Assembly: GCF_009914755.1 (NCBI RefSeq)
Contig: NC_060927.1
DNA: 64,000 bases
Direction: 5' to 3' (one strand)
Source: the human T2T-CHM13v2.0 reference genome, Homo sapiens
Notes under the pieces: generated by a model
What the model was told of the DNA's origin: nothing
Database searches by the model: none
Seen by the model: the letters and a program-made list of their open reading frames with translations, nothing else
Program-made: the position numbers and the translations under genes
Shown here: one piece after another, positions 1 to 15,163 of the stretch
Numbering within the stretch: position 1 is the first letter of the stretch
How the letters are laid out: the number at the start of each line of letters is the position of its first letter

Positions 1-320
1 AAGGATGGGGGAAGGGTGGATAGGGAGACTTTTGTTAAAGGCTACAAAGTTACAGCTAGATGACAGGAATAAATCCTATTGTTCTATAGCACTATAGGAT
101 GACTTATAGCTAACAATAGTATATTATATAATTTCAAGTAGCTAGAAGAAGGATATTAAATGTTCCCAACACAAAGAAATGATAAATGTTTGAGATGATG
201 GATATGTTAATTACCATTATCTGATTACTTACATTATACATATCACATTGCTACCCCACAAGTATGTAGTATTAATTTATTTATTGGGTATTAATTTTGA
301 AATTTTTAAAAAGAAAGAAA
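1..320 (+). mobile_element. LINE-1 3' UTR fragment (L1MA/L1MB-like)
   Basis: Typical old L1 3' end motifs (ggctacaaagttacagctaga...ggaataaat; tgttcccaacacaaagaaatgataaatgtttgagatgatggata), ending in an A-rich tail. Confidence 0.8.
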
Positions 321-944
321 ATTTAATTTATTAGGCATGACTTAGTGAACCCACTGCTTTCTTTTCTATATATTCACAAATCATACTTGTCTGGATTACT
401 AGTCTGTCACTAAGTCATATGTCCCTCTTCTAATGCTTTTTCCATTCTCCACAGTTCCCTAAGAACTAAGCTCATGTACGGTTTTTCTCAGTGCCCTGGA
501 ATAGGTAGCCCAAAATAGAAAACTAGTACTTATTTGTTGCCACTAAGATGCTCCCTTACAAATTTCACATACCTGAAGTTTCAAGAGTCTCTTACCAATA
601 TCATTCCTGCATTTGTTAGTTTATTCCCAGCCATTTCTAAGAAAAGTATGTATCTACACTGGCACTTCAAGAATATGTATCAGAGAAGCAGAGTTTGTAT
701 AGTATGAGCTTCCCTTCCCCTTTTCATCATACTTCAAAAACAGGAAGGCAGAGACCTTCCTATTTTTCTGAATAAATATTTTGAATACATAGTCAGAACT
801 GTTTATTTTATTAACTGAGACTTAAATCTTCATGCCAGGCTGCATTGTTGAACAACCTCTCTACCCAGAGGCAGGGAAGATTCCTATCAGCTTTGGTGGT
901 AAACCTTCCAGATCCAGGCTTTCCAAGAGTAGTCACTTACTGGG

Positions 945-1302
945 TGATATGGTTTGGCTGCGTCCCCACCCAAATCTCATCTTGAATTGTAGTTTCCATA
1001 ATTCCCTCGTGTTGTGGGAGGGACCCAGTGGGAGACAATTGAATCATGAGGGCAGTTTCTCCCATAAAGTTCTCTCTGTAGTGAATAAGTCTTATGAGAT
1101 CTGATGGTTTTATATATCCCTTTCACTTGGCTCTTATTCTCCTCTCCTGTCTGCTGCCATGTGAGATGTGCCTTTCACCTTCCACCATGATTGTGAGCCC
1201 TCCCCAGACATGTGGAACCGTGAGTCCACTAAACCACTTTTATTTGTAAATTGCCCAGTCTTGGGTATATCTTTATCAGCAGTGTGAAAATGGACTAAAA
1301 CA
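945..1302 (+). mobile_element. THE1 (MaLR) solo LTR
   Basis: Begins tgatatggtttggctgcgtccccacccaaatctcatcttgaattgtag, ends gcagtgtgaaaatggactaaaaca; flanked by ctggg/ctagg (5-bp TSD, 1 mismatch). Confidence 0.92.
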
Positions 1303-2259
1303 CTAGGCACCCTATAAATGTTAGTTTTCATTATTAGGACCAGCTAGTCTTCAGAAAACCTAATATTGATCTCTTCTAAACTCTCATAACATTTTATCCA
1401 TACTTCATATGAGAGCTTAGTCTGATATTATTTCTATGTTGTAAGAGCCTCAAGTACAGAGACTGCAATTTATTCTTTACATAAAAAATTCCATTAATAA
1501 GTGAATCCAAAAATTATGACTGTGACTTTATTAATATCTTTATTGTCTGCAATAACTGAATATTTCTAAATTATCTTAAAGGATATTCTTTCTTTGATTG
1601 TTTTAAACAGCTAATCTTCATTTACTTGGTGAATAGTTTTGTGACACAGACTACAAAAGTGAATTTTATTTCAGGATATTCTGAATTATAGTAACTGTTG
1701 GAGGTTAGTGGACTGCTACTGGCTACAGCTTATTTATTTACATGGCTTTTAAAGGTGTACCCATTCAGCCTCTGGGCTCACCACCAGAGGATGCAAATTT
1801 TTGTCACTTTGAAACTTAATTAAATTAACTAGAAGGATAAAAAAATGTTTTCCATCACCATATGGTAGCTTTTTTGTTCTTATTAATGGATTTTAACTTT
1901 GATAGAAAATAGTCTGCATATTTCATTTCACCTCTCCAGAGCAATTAGGAGCCAATTTACAAGAAATGCTCCTACTAATAGTAGGCCATTGATAGCCATG
2001 TAATTTTATGAACCTGTATTTGTAGGCAAGAAGAACAAAACATGCATATGTATGAACAGTCAAGTTCACCTCAAAGAGCTAACACAATTCTGAATGATGT
2101 TTCTGTGACTGTTGATTGGTTTGTTCTCTGGGTGATTTTACTCTAAAGCCAAGGACCTTCCCACCAGACCACATTAGCACTCTGAAAGAATGCAACATGG
2201 CCTCTGACCACCAGAAGCTTCATTCATCTAAAACAACATCAAGAAAATCTGTTAAAACA

Positions 2260-3685
2260 CATCAACCAAAGGAATAGAATAGAGAGCCCAGAATAAACCC
2301 ACACATTTGTAGTCAATTGATTTTTGTTAAAAATGCCAAGAACACACAATGGAGAAAAGACAGTATTTCCAAAAGTGGTGCTAAGAAAACTGGATATCCA
2401 CATGTAGAAGAATAAAATTGAACCCTTATCTCATATCATACAAAACTTAAGTCAAAATGGATGAAAGACTTAAATGTAAGACCTGAAATTGCAAAACTAC
2501 TAGAAGAAAATATAGGGGGAAATTTTCACAGCATTGGTCTGCACAATAATTTTTTTGACATGATTTCAAAAGCTCAGGCAACAAAAGCAAACCTAGACAA
2601 ATGGAATTGCACCAAACTAAAAAGCTTCTGAACAACAAAGGAAACAACAGAGTGGAGAGACAACCTACAGACTGGGAGAAAATACTTGCAAACCATACAT
2701 CTGATAAGGGGTTAATATTGAAAATATCCAAGGAACTCAAACAACTCAATAGTAAGAAACAATCCAATGAAAAAATGGTCAAAAGGCCTGAATAGACATT
2801 TCTCAAAGACATACAAATGACCAAGTATATGAAAGAATGCTCAACGTCCTTAAATATTAAGGAAAATGCAAATTAACATCATAATGAGACATCACCTCAT
2901 ACATGTTACAATGTTTGTCATCAAAATGATGGAAGATAATAAGTGTTGATGAGGATGTGGGGGAAAAGGAGCTCCTATACACTGTTCATGGGGATGTAAA
3001 TTAGGACAGCCATTATGAAAAATGGTATGGAAGTTTTTCAAAAAAAATTAAAAGTAGAATTACCATATGATCCAGCAATCTCACTGCTGGGTACGTATCC
3101 AAAGGAAATGAAATCATTATCTCAAAGGGATATCTCCACTCCCATGTAGATTGCAGCATTATTAGCCAAGATATGAAATCAACCTAAACGTCCATCAGTG
3201 GATGAATGTATAAAGGAAATGTGGTATATATACACAATAGAATGCTATTCAGCCTTAAGAAAAGGAAAGAAATTCTGTCATTTACAACAACATGGATGAA
3301 ACTGCAGGCCGTTACGCTAAGTGTAATAAGCCAGGCTCAAATCTTACTTACATGTGGAATCTAAAAAAGTAACTCACAGAAGTAGAGAGTAGAATCCAGC
3401 AGGGGAGGAATGGGGAGATGTTGGTCAAAGGGTACAAAGTTTCAGCTAGACAGAAGGAATAAGTTTTTGAGATCTATTACACAGCATGGTGACTATAGTT
3501 AAAAATAATGTAATGCATATTTGAAAATTGCTAAGAGAATAGATTTTAAGGATTCACACCACAAAAAAAGTATGTGAAGTGATGAATATATGTTAGCTTA
3601 ATTATTTTATGCCGTATACTTGTATCAAAACATCACATTGCACCCCATGTACATATCACTTGCCAATTAAAAATAGAAGTTTTAA
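2260..3685 (+). mobile_element. 5'-truncated LINE-1 (L1MA-like): degenerate ORF2 3' part plus 3' UTR
   Basis: ORF 2601-2795 ([23 protein letters not shown]) is ORF2p-like; L1 3' UTR; degenerate TSD aagaaaatctgttaaaaca (~2241) / aagaaagtctgtgaaaaca (~3686). Confidence 0.9.
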
Positions 3686-3952
3686 AAGAAAGTCTGTGAA
3701 AACATGCCTTATTCTCAGCGACAATTATTTAATTTTATGAGAAAAAAAATTTGACCACTTAAACACACACTTCAAGATGCCAGGTATATGGTGGTGTGTA
3801 GTCATTTAAGATTTTGCATTGTAGTTACGATGTTTACAGTAGTGGACAGAACTGTGTCTTCACTGCTTTTCTTAGAGTGAGAATTATGGTTTAAGTAAAA
3901 TTTTGCATGCATTAACATGAACAAATATTTGGCGCTTTTCTTGATATCTTAT

Positions 3953-4362
3953 TTGCGTTATTTTGTTTTGCATTGCTATCAATAAACACCAGAGACTGTA
4001 TACTTTACAAAGAAAAGAGGTTCTGCAGGCTGTACAAGCATGGGACCAGCATCTGCTCAGCTTCTTGTAAGGCCTCAGGCAGCTTTTACTCATGGCAAAA
4101 GGTGAAGGGGGAATAGGCATGTTGCATGGTGAGAGAAGGCACAAGAGAGAGGGGAGAAGGTGCCAGGCTCTTTTTAACAATCAGATTTCACAGTAACTGA
4201 TAGAGTGAGAACTCATTCATTACTCTGAGGACAGCACCAAGCAATTCCTGAGAGATCTACCCCCATGACCCAAACACAGACACCTCCCACTAGGCCCCAC
4301 CTCCAACATTAGGGATAATATCTCCGTGAGATTTGAAGGGGACAAACATTCAAACTATATTA
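3953..4362 (-). mobile_element. MST (MaLR) solo LTR
   Basis: Antisense MST motifs: gcattgctat...aaagaaaagagg, catggcaaaaggtgaagggg, acctcccactaggccccacctccaaca, caaactatatta. Confidence 0.85.
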
Positions 4363-4494
4363 CTATTACTGTTAATTTGTCCTTGGAGTTTCCCTGCTTT
4401 ATGTGTGGTCCAGGGTCAGTTAAAGATTTCAGTGGAGTTTATGTGCAGATTATGACATTACATGATAGAGAGAAATGATGATAGGAATGATAGG

Positions 4495-4750
4495 TGACTT
4501 AATTTTTCTGCCTAGATGCCGTAAAGTTCAATAACTTAATCATTATATATCTTTGTATAGATGAATTTGTGTCAGTTTTCTCTGGTATGTGATGTGCGCT
4601 TTTGATCTTCAGATTCAGTTTATGGGGCATTTCTCTGTGATCCAGTTTCTTGGATTTCCCTTCACTCCCTTCTTCACTTTTTAGCTGCTTTGGTAGCTTC
4701 AAACTCCATTCTCTGACTCTCGAGCCAGGAAGACGGTGGCTTCTTACTTA
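4495..4750 (-). mobile_element. Ancient LINE-1 ORF1 fragment
   Basis: Minus ORF 4499-4702 KIKSAHHIPEKTDTNSSIQRYIMIKLLNF resembles the L1 ORF1p IERAHR...STPRHIIVK motif. Confidence 0.55.
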
Positions 4751-5399
4751 GAAATAGTTGTGATGTCCTGTGTAGAACAGATGGTGATAATAAGCGATAA
4801 GATACATATAAATGTAAATGTTGCCCAGAAAATTTTCCTTTTATCAAAGGTCAACTCCTCTCTAGTTTTTCCTACCTCTTCAATATATTAAACTCATTAA
4901 AATAACTTTTGCCTATATTTTGTAATTTTATCTGTGGAAGGGTTAATCAGATATGAGATACTCTGCTATTACTGAAAACAGAAACTAGATGTTAATTTTC
5001 ACAATGTCAGTTATATTATAATATTTTCATTTATTTCTGCATCCAAAGTTCCCCAAAAGAATAGTCTTTGTTATATATTTAAATGAATTAAAATATCACC
5101 ATCATTCCTTTTACCGTATTTTATCTAATGACGATTTCATTTAGGTTTCACACTATGAGTATTTTATCTCCTGAGTTGTTTCATGTTTAAATATACATGG
5201 CCTGCAAACTTTCTATTTGAATGGTAACATGGATGGATATAATATTCTTTGTCATAGATATTTTTTCCCTTCAACTTTGCAGCTTTTTCTTCATTCTTCA
5301 GTCATTGAATGATGATCAAAGGTTGCTAAAACTAGAGGGCAACATTTTGGTGAGTCATAGAATATAAAATAATCTCAGAATATTTCTGCTCAATATACT

Positions 5400-6120
5400 T
5401 AATAATTAGAAAGGGGGAAATGTTACTTTTACAGAAGAAAAATTTAGTGAACACCATCTTAATTATGTAATCAAAATTAGAATTACCAATGCTAAGACAA
5501 ACGGACATCTTATGCCTGCTAATCTGATGCCCTGAGAAAAACACATTGGCTCATGGTATTCTTGCCAAAAATACATAACCTGAATCTAATAATGAGGAAA
5601 TATTAGACAAATCCAAGCTGAGAGACATTCTACAAAATAACTGCCCTGTACTCCTCAAAAATGTCAAGATCAAGAAAACTGAAAGGTGGAAGAACTGCTT
5701 TGGTTTAAAGGAGACTAAAAAGACAGGATAACTAAGCAATGCATAGTCCTAGATTGGATTCTATATGAGGAAAAACAGGTCGATAAACAGTACATTATGA
5801 CAAATGACAAAATTTGAGTATAAACTGCAGACTCGAAAACAGTGTGGTAACAATATTAAGTGTCCTGCTTTTGAAAATTGCCCTGTGATTATTTAAGATC
5901 ATCTCCTTGTTCTTTGGAAATATATAACTATGTATCAAGCATGCTTCGGAGAAAAAGTATATACCTTTATGTAAAATATATAGAGAGAATAATAAAAATG
6001 GGGCAAAATATTAAAAATTGATAATTTGGGGTAAAGCATATATAGAAGTGCCTTTCATTATTCTTACAACATTGGAGAAAAGTTAAAATTATATTAAAAT
6101 TTAATAAAATCAGAATAAAA
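5400..6120 (+). mobile_element. Old LINE-1 3' UTR (L1MC-like)
   Basis: ggtattcttgccaaaaatacataacctgaatctaataatgaggaaatattagacaaatccaa...gacattctacaaaataact...aaaatgtcaag. Confidence 0.75.
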
Positions 6121-7501
6121 AATATAGGTGAAGGAGAGAGAGGTAGAAATAGGGTAAAAATATTAAAGGTTTTACCTTTCATAGGAGGAAGTCAGTCGGT
6201 ACTGTCAAAAATTGAAATATTTCCATTTCAAAAAGTAATATTGCTGATGTCTTAATGGTTTTTAAAATCTTTCTTTAAGCTTTGGATCTTTAAGGAAGTA
6301 GTATGTCTTGAGGAGAAAAGCATCAAAAACTCAAAAATCCTGCATTTCAAATTCTAGTAAATTAGGATAAAATTAAATGTATTTTTACTAGCTGGTAGAC
6401 TGTGATTCTATTCTTATGAAACTATTTCTGCATATGTATATGCATCTATCTATTGCTCTGCCTATCAATGCATCTGTCAATCTCTATATGTGCATATACG
6501 TTTGACTGTAGTAATGTTCACCAAATCTTATACTACGTTATTTCTAAGTAATTTTTTTCTCTATACTTTTCATACTGCTTAAAATTTTGAAAAGTGTGTA
6601 TTATTTTTATAAAAATAAATTGTGTGCTCTAACATATATAAAGGCACTTACATCACATTTACATTTTTGATTCTTAAAACATAATGGTGTTAATTTTAAT
6701 TTGATAAAATATTAACATGCTAAAGTCATTTCCAGTTCTATAAACAAACTAAAAACCCAACACAAAGTATCTGCACCACATTTCAAGAGTAATGAGTTCA
6801 ATCATGTTAAGGTTATAATTTTGTTAGTCTGTTCATTTTTTTCCTCTGAATGCAACTAGAAATTAATTCTTTGTCAGTCTTAACAATTAGTGTTCTTATC
6901 TTTTTTTTCTGAAATAAAGATGACATTAGATCAAAATCTTTTTATTTTTCTTCTTTTAAAAAAAATTCACTGTAATAGCCTAGTCGTGACAAGCATTTGA
7001 TAATATCATCTGCATAGAAAAATAAAATTCAGTGATTTTACAATCATTCTTACCAACTGCCCCGTTTGGTATATGGCTAAACTAAAAGTTCTCTCTCAGA
7101 TTCATCTTCAATTCATCCTTTATTTGAATTATCCCGTGTCTAAGTAAGCTACGGCACACATTTTTGAGTTGTAATTTCCTTTTGCATCCACCCAGTGCAT
7201 CTGATAAATTCTAACTGGACTCTAAGTTCCTTGAGAGGAGGCACCTTATCATAATCATGTCTATACTCCCAGAAAATTAAGATAAATTCTGACATTGAAA
7301 GGCCTCTTTACTGGTTGACCAAGAGCAGTCTACTTGCAAAAATTAACAGACACAATGGCTCTATGTAACTCCAGTGTTGGAGCCAAATTTATGTGTCGCC
7401 TTCTGTAAAATGAATATCACACGTTGTGGGAACTATGTCCTCCTAAACAGATCAGAGAGGTTTGAGTGACCAATTACTGCTTCATTTTGTCTGTGTGTCT
7501 G

Positions 7502-7624
7502 TGACAGAAACTTGCTCTGTTGCCCAGGCTGAAGTGCAGTGGTGTGATCGTAACCCATTTCAGCCTCTACCCATGGGTTCAAGCAATCCTCCCATCTCAA
7601 CCTCCTGAGTAGTTGTGCCCAGCC
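7502..7624 (-). mobile_element. Alu monomer or deleted old Alu (FLAM/FRAM/AluJ-like)
   Basis: ttgctctgttgcccaggctgaagtgcagtgg...gttcaagcaatcctccc...gcccagcc; flanked by aattactgctt direct repeat. Confidence 0.8.
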
Positions 7625-9119
7625 AAATTACTGCTTTTATGTTCAGCCCAAGAAACAATTGAATGTCCGCTGTATACCAGGCACTGTGTAAGACACAAGG
7701 AATATAGCTATAACTAATAGTACTTTCCCAGAAGGACTTCCCAGGCTGGTGAGTGAGATGGATAAGTAAAACAGTTGTCCTGACCAGGTCAGAGTCTTAA
7801 ATGGCTCCCTCACTGCCCATAAAGCCTACAACCACCCTTTAATAAATAATTGTGCTTGCCCTCTGTAGTCTAGGAAATCCTGGAAATTAAGCAAGGCCTG
7901 ATAAAGTGACTCCTTCAAGAGTCACCTGTGATGTTCAGTGAATCAACAAAGCCTTGGCAGTTTTCTTACAGCCTCTACATCCTATCTACAGCCCCATTCT
8001 CTCCAGTGTCTCTCCAATTCCTCTTAGATTCATTCCCTCTTTTTCTTTCCCACTGATACTTTGCAACTTTATAACCTTGTATCTCCATCACTTCAATCCT
8101 TTCGTGACAACGTAATGTTCATGTTTTGATTCACCCTCAAGATCTTGTTATTAGAGAAGAGGGCCCATGCCTACTTTGTCTCTGTCCCCTGGCAGAGCCT
8201 GTTCCAGAGTCCTGTGTTGTGTAAGCATTTTATAAACTCTGTTGAATGAATCAGAATTCTAACATAATATCATCTCCAATAATCAATATTGATTATGAAG
8301 CTGATAAAAAAATGGGTTTGTCCAACTGGAGTCACCTGGAACATTTGCAATGACCCCAAATATGAGAATTACCACATGTACTGCTAAGCGACCATAAAAT
8401 CCAGCAAGCAAAAACCATCCAAGCTGTCTCATGACTCACAGCTCAGTCTGTCAGTAGGATTGCATCTTTGTCTACTCAAGTTGTTGACTCACTTTCATCT
8501 CTGGATATCAGATTATTGGTTCCCTTATAAAATAGCTTCTAGTATCTCCTCATACGATACTCAGAACCCGTTGATGTACCCATTATGACACTACCTCCTA
8601 GATCTTCGCCAAATCCTGATGTTGGAAGGAATACTAGGTACTAAATCATCATGCCTTTGTATTTTATTTCTCTCACATTCCAAGTCTGGTTTGCACTTAT
8701 TGATAAGAATTGCCCAGTCTTCAGTTTTAAATACTGATTTATGTGTCCCATTAAAATATCCTGGGCAAACATTGCGCTTGATGATATAGAACACAGAATC
8801 TTCAAATCTTAAAGACCTTTCATCAGACTTAAGACAATAATTATTTTCTTTACCGATACATACTTTTATTTATAAAATTAATTCATGAAGATGTACACAT
8901 ATAATCTCAGAAATATAGAGAATAATAGAGTGTCTAATTTCACCAGTCAATCCTATTCTCAGAGGTAACCACCAATAACAATTTAGTATATATTCTCCCA
9001 AACATTGTACTATGCATTTAAATATATAAATAAATATTCATAATGATACACGCAACCTGCTCTACATAACTTGTTCCTATATAGTTATTTTATATAAACA
9101 TAGTAATATGATACATTAT

Positions 9120-9245
9120 TCATTTATTCATTCGTTCATTCAACATGTTACATTGGTTCCTACTATGTGCTATGGCACTGAGATACAACAATGAACCAGT
9201 GAACAAAAGAATGCCCTTGGCCTCAAGGAGCTTACATTCTGTTCA
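9120..9245 (-). mobile_element. L2 3' end fragment
   Basis: (attc)n caac...cctactatgtgc...gtgaacaaaaga...cctcaaggagcttacattct. Confidence 0.7.
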
Positions 9246-9519
9246 GCGTACTTACACACTGAAGTATACTTACATGCTTTACATACATATTATGCATAAA
9301 GGGTTTTCTACCAAAATAGATTATACTACATCTTTTTTAATACTCTTGAAGCTCTTTCAGAGCATATCAGCTCTATCAGAACTTAAAGTACATATATATC
9401 TATATCACTATAAACAAATAATAGATTGATAAAAAAATTGCATCATATAAAATAGACTAAGATTTTATATCCATAATATATGTTTAAATCCTACAAATTA
9501 ATATAAAAATAAATAAATA

Positions 9520-10310
9520 AAAACAGGTAGAAGCAACCTAAGTGTACACCAATGGATTAATGTATAAAGAAAATTTTATATGGGTGCATGTATACATATG
9601 TTACAAACCTGCACATTTTGCACATGTACCCTACAACTTAAAGTATAATAAAAAAAAGAAAATTTTACATATGTATACACATATATAGACAGTATACACA
9701 CATATATAAATAAAAAATATATAAACATTTTATATATAGTATATACATATAACATTTATATATATAGTATACACACATACACACACACAATGATATACCA
9801 TTGTGTGTGTATAAAAAGCCACCAAAATAATGAAATTGTGTCATTTGCAGCAACATGAATGGAATTGGATGTCATTATATTAAGTGAAATAAGCCAACCA
9901 CAGAAATGCAAACACCACATGTTCTTACTCATATGTGGAAGCTAAAAAAGGTGAATCTCACAAAGATAGAAAGTAGATTGGTGGTTGCCAGAGGCCAGGA
10001 ATGGTAGAGGGGAGGGGGGATAAAGAGAGGTTAATTAATGGGTACAAATATACAGTTAGATAGAAGAAATAAGACCTAGTATTAGATAGATCAGTAGGGT
10101 GATTATAGTTTGTAATAATCTATTGTACATTTCAAAAGAGCTAGAAGATAGTTTAAATGTTTCTATCACAAATAAAAATTAAATATTTAAGGTAATGAAT
10201 ATCCCAATTACCCTGATTTGATCTTATACATTATATGAGTATATTAAAATATTACATGTACCCCCAAAATATGTACATCAATTATGTATCGTTTAAATAA
10301 ATATATGAAT
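9520..10310 (+). mobile_element. LINE-1 3' end (L1MA-like) with a nested L1PA fragment and TA-rich expansion
   Basis: gaagcaacctaagtgtac...gtcatttgcagcaacatgaatggaattgga...gggtacaaatatacagttagatagaagaaataag. Confidence 0.85.
9582..9654 (+). mobile_element. Very short L1PA 3' terminus
   Basis: catgtatacatatgttacaaacctgcacattttgcacatgtaccctacaacttaaagtataataaaa; TSD aaagaaaattttatat (9566-9581) / aaagaaaattttacat (9655-9670). Confidence 0.85.
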
Positions 10311-13104
10311 AAAATCCAAAAAAACTGAAAAATATGAAAAAATAATTCACATTTTAAAAACTAAATATATAAATCTCAAAAAATACCTGACATTACTATA
10401 AATAAGGAAAATTAAATTTAAATTATTTAATTTAATTAAAATTTAAATCATAACACTTGGAACTTCTACTTCTAACAAAGATGGAGTAACAGGGACCAGA
10501 GTTAGCTTCTGCCCAAAACAACTTTAAAAACTAGACAAAATATATGCAGGTAAAATGACAGCTTTCAGTCATTAGAATCAGGTGGCACAAAAAATAGGGG
10601 AAATAAGGTAAGTCCAACAATCATTCCAGCTTACTGTCCAGAGGAATATTCCAGGTCAAAGTGCAGGGAGAACTCAAATGTTGCCCGGAAATCTTTCTGA
10701 ATAGAAGACAATGAGGAAATGGAGTTGACAGTCTGGGAGATCAAGGTGAAGTACAGAGGAGAAAGCTGAACAGAGAGAGAACTCTAGAGATCTTCTGAGG
10801 GTCCTCTTTGAGTCTTTTAGCTAAGTACTGATCAGCACATGCTTGTGAGGAAACTGAGGCCAGGAAAATAATAACCTGAAATGATTAAAAGGTATAAGCC
10901 CAAGAATTTACACGGGGCTAAAAGCAGTTCCTGTTCTCATCACCAGATTGCATTAAAAAAGTAAAATCCAACTATACGTTGTCTGCAGTAAACTTGCTTT
11001 GAATAGAAAGATACAAGTAGATTAAAGTAAAATGATATACCAGGCTAACACTAATTGAAAGCAATCTGGAGTCCCTACATTAATATAAGAAGGTCAATAC
11101 ACTAAAAGGACATAATAATCCTAAGTGTTTGTGCACCTAATAGAGCTTCAAAATATATGAAGTAAAACTGATGGAATTAAAAATAAATAAATGCTTTGTA
11201 AATAATTTAATTATTTAAATAAATATTTTATTTAAAATGTTAAACAAATAAATCCACAATATAAAATTTAAGTTTTAACAACTTTGTTTTCAGAACTGAT
11301 AAAAGAAGTAATAGAAAATCTTTAAGGACATAGAAGACTTGAGCAACATTATCAATCAATTTGACTTAATTAACATTTGTAGAAGACTCCAACCAATGAA
11401 ACCAGAATATATTTTTTTCAAAGGCATAAAGAACATTTACCAAAATATGCCATATTCTGTGCAACAAAGCAAGTCTCAATACATTTTAAAAGACTCAAAT
11501 GATACAAAATATTTTCCCTGTCTAAAACAGAATTAAATTAGAAATCAACAACATAAAGACAACTGAAAAATCCTCAAATATTTGGAAACTATATAATATA
11601 CTTCTAAAGAATCCATATATCAGGAAAAAATCAAAGGGGAAATCAGAATGTAATTTAAACTGAATGAAAACAAAAACATGCCATATCAAAATTTGTGGTA
11701 AGCTACCAAAGCAGAACTTAGAGAAAAATGTATAATACTAAGCATTTATATTAGAAAGAAGAAAGATCTCAAGAAGTTCAGCTCCCATGTTACAATGGGC
11801 AAAAAAGAAAGGCAAGTTAAACCCAAAGTTGGCAGAGAAAAACAAATAACAAAGAAAAAAACAGAAACAAATTAATTGTAAACAGAAAAACTATAGAAAG
11901 CAATCAATAAGATACTAACCTGGTTAATCTTAAAGATAAATGAAATTAACAACACTCTAGCTAGGCTGGTCAGGAAACAAAAAGAAGACACAAACTACCA
12001 ATAGCAAGAATTTGAGAAATGACATAATTACAGATAGTTTAGATTATAAAAGAACAGAAAGGGAATGTTATTTAAAAAATTATGTCAATAAATTTAACCA
12101 CTTACATAACATAGGCAAATGCATTGAAAGGTGTAGACTTCCAAAGCTCACTGAAGAAGAAACAGATAGCCTTAGCAGCCCTATATCTATTAAAGAAGTT
12201 AAGTGGATAGTTTAAAACCTTCTCACTAAGAAAACCCCAGGCATAGAAGGCTCCACTGGTGAACTCCACTGATCATTTAAGTACTCTTTTGGAAAATTAA
12301 AGAGGAGGTAATGTTTTCCAATTTATTCTATGAGGCAAGCATTGCCATGTTATCAATACCTAATAAAGACATTGCAAAACAAGAAAATGATAGATCACTA
12401 TCCCTCACTGACATAAATGCAATCATCCTTTACAAAATTTTAGCAATTGCACTCAATATAAACAGAAGAGATAGCACATCATGGCCAAGCGGAGTGGGCT
12501 TATTCCAGGAATATAAAGTTGATATACCATCCAAAGTCAATCAATGCAATTTATCATATTAACAAACTTTTTTAAAAGACCATTAATAATCTTAACAAAT
12601 GCAAAAAAAAAAGAATTTGTCAAAATTCAACATCTATTACTGATTAAAATTTCTCAGAAAACTAAAAATAGTAGAGAATTTCTCAAATTCTCAAAAGGGC
12701 ATCTATGAAAAATCTATAGCTAACATAGAATATATGAATATATCTATATTATATAGATATATATTATATATCTATATAATATAGATATATAATATATATC
12801 TGTAGCTAACACAGAAAAATCTATAGCTAACATTTAATGGTGAGAGGCTGAATGCTTTCCCCCCAAATCAGGAAAGCAATAAGGATGCTCACTCTTACTA
12901 CTTCTAGTCAATATTATACTAGATATTCTAGACAAGACAGTAAGTCAAGAAAATGAAATAAAATCTTCCATATTAGAAAGAAGTCTACAAAAAAGCTATT
13001 AGAGCTAACAAGTTTATCACGGTTGAAAGAGACATGGTCACTATACAAAAATCAATTTTATTTTTATATACTAGAAAAGAAAATCAGAAACCAAAATTAG
13101 AAAC

Positions 13105-13340
13105 AGTTCTACTGTTGCTGTAACAAATTACCACAAACTTTGTGGCTTATAACAACATAAATTTATTATATTAAAGTTCTGTATGTTAGAAGTCTGACAC
13201 GGTTCTCATTTGGGATAAAATGAAGGTGTTGCCAAGGCTGTTTTCCTTTCTGGAAGCATAAGGAGTAAATCTTTTCTAGCTCCAGAGGCTTCTGATTCCT
13301 TGGATTGCAGACCTCATTCTCTACCTCCAAAGCCAGAAAG
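13105..13340 (-). mobile_element. MLT1 (MaLR) LTR fragment
   Basis: tgctgtaacaaattaccacaaactt...ggcttataacaacataaatttatt...gttctg...agaagtctgacacgg. Confidence 0.8.
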
Positions 13341-14121
13341 TGAGCTTGAAGTTGGCAATAATTTCTTAAATACAACACAAAAGCACAAACTATGAAAGAA
13401 AATAATAAAATAAATTTGATTAAAGTTAAAAATAGTTGCTCTTTGAAAGACACCATTACAAAAAAAGAAGACAAGTCACAAATTGGAAGAAAATACATGC
13501 AAAACATAGATCCAACAGAAGACTTGTATCTAGAATATATAAAGAATAGTTAACAACTCCATAATAAGACACACAGTTGAATAAAGCAATGGGGAAAAGA
13601 TTCAGATACATCACCAAAGAAGATATATGAATGAAAAATAAGCACCTGAAAAGATGTGCAATATAATTAGTCTTTGGAGAAATACAAATTAAAATGACAA
13701 CGACATACCACTACACATCTACTATTAATAGGATAGCTAAAATTTGAAAGATTGACTGAGTGTTGGAGAGGATGTGGATCAACTGGAACTCTCACTGTGG
13801 GAATGTAAAATGTTACCATCACTTTAAAAACAATCTGACAGTTTCTTTAAAAGTTCAACATAAACCTGCCATACAACCCAGCCCTTCCACTCCCAGGTAC
13901 CCAAGAGAAATTAAAGTATACGTACACACAATTCTAATAGCAAAGAGATTTGAAAACAACCCAGAGGTACATGAATAGGTGAGTGGAAAGTAAATTGTGG
14001 TATATCCATACAATGGGATACTACTCCTCAATAAAAAGTTATAAACTATTAACACACACAATATGGATGAATCTCAAAATAATATGCTGAAGGGAAGAAG
14101 CAGACTATCAAGAAAATGTAA

Positions 14122-15163
<1,042 letters not shown>

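Noticed and set aside
8290-8820. Coding-looking minus-strand stretch (ORF 8591-8794), faintly reminiscent of a decayed RTE-type LINE
   Set aside because: No convincing motif or splice sites; resemblance too weak without a profile search
11200-11240. AT-only quasi-palindromes (also 10410-10450)
   Set aside because: Short, low-complexity and imperfect; expected in AT-rich tracts
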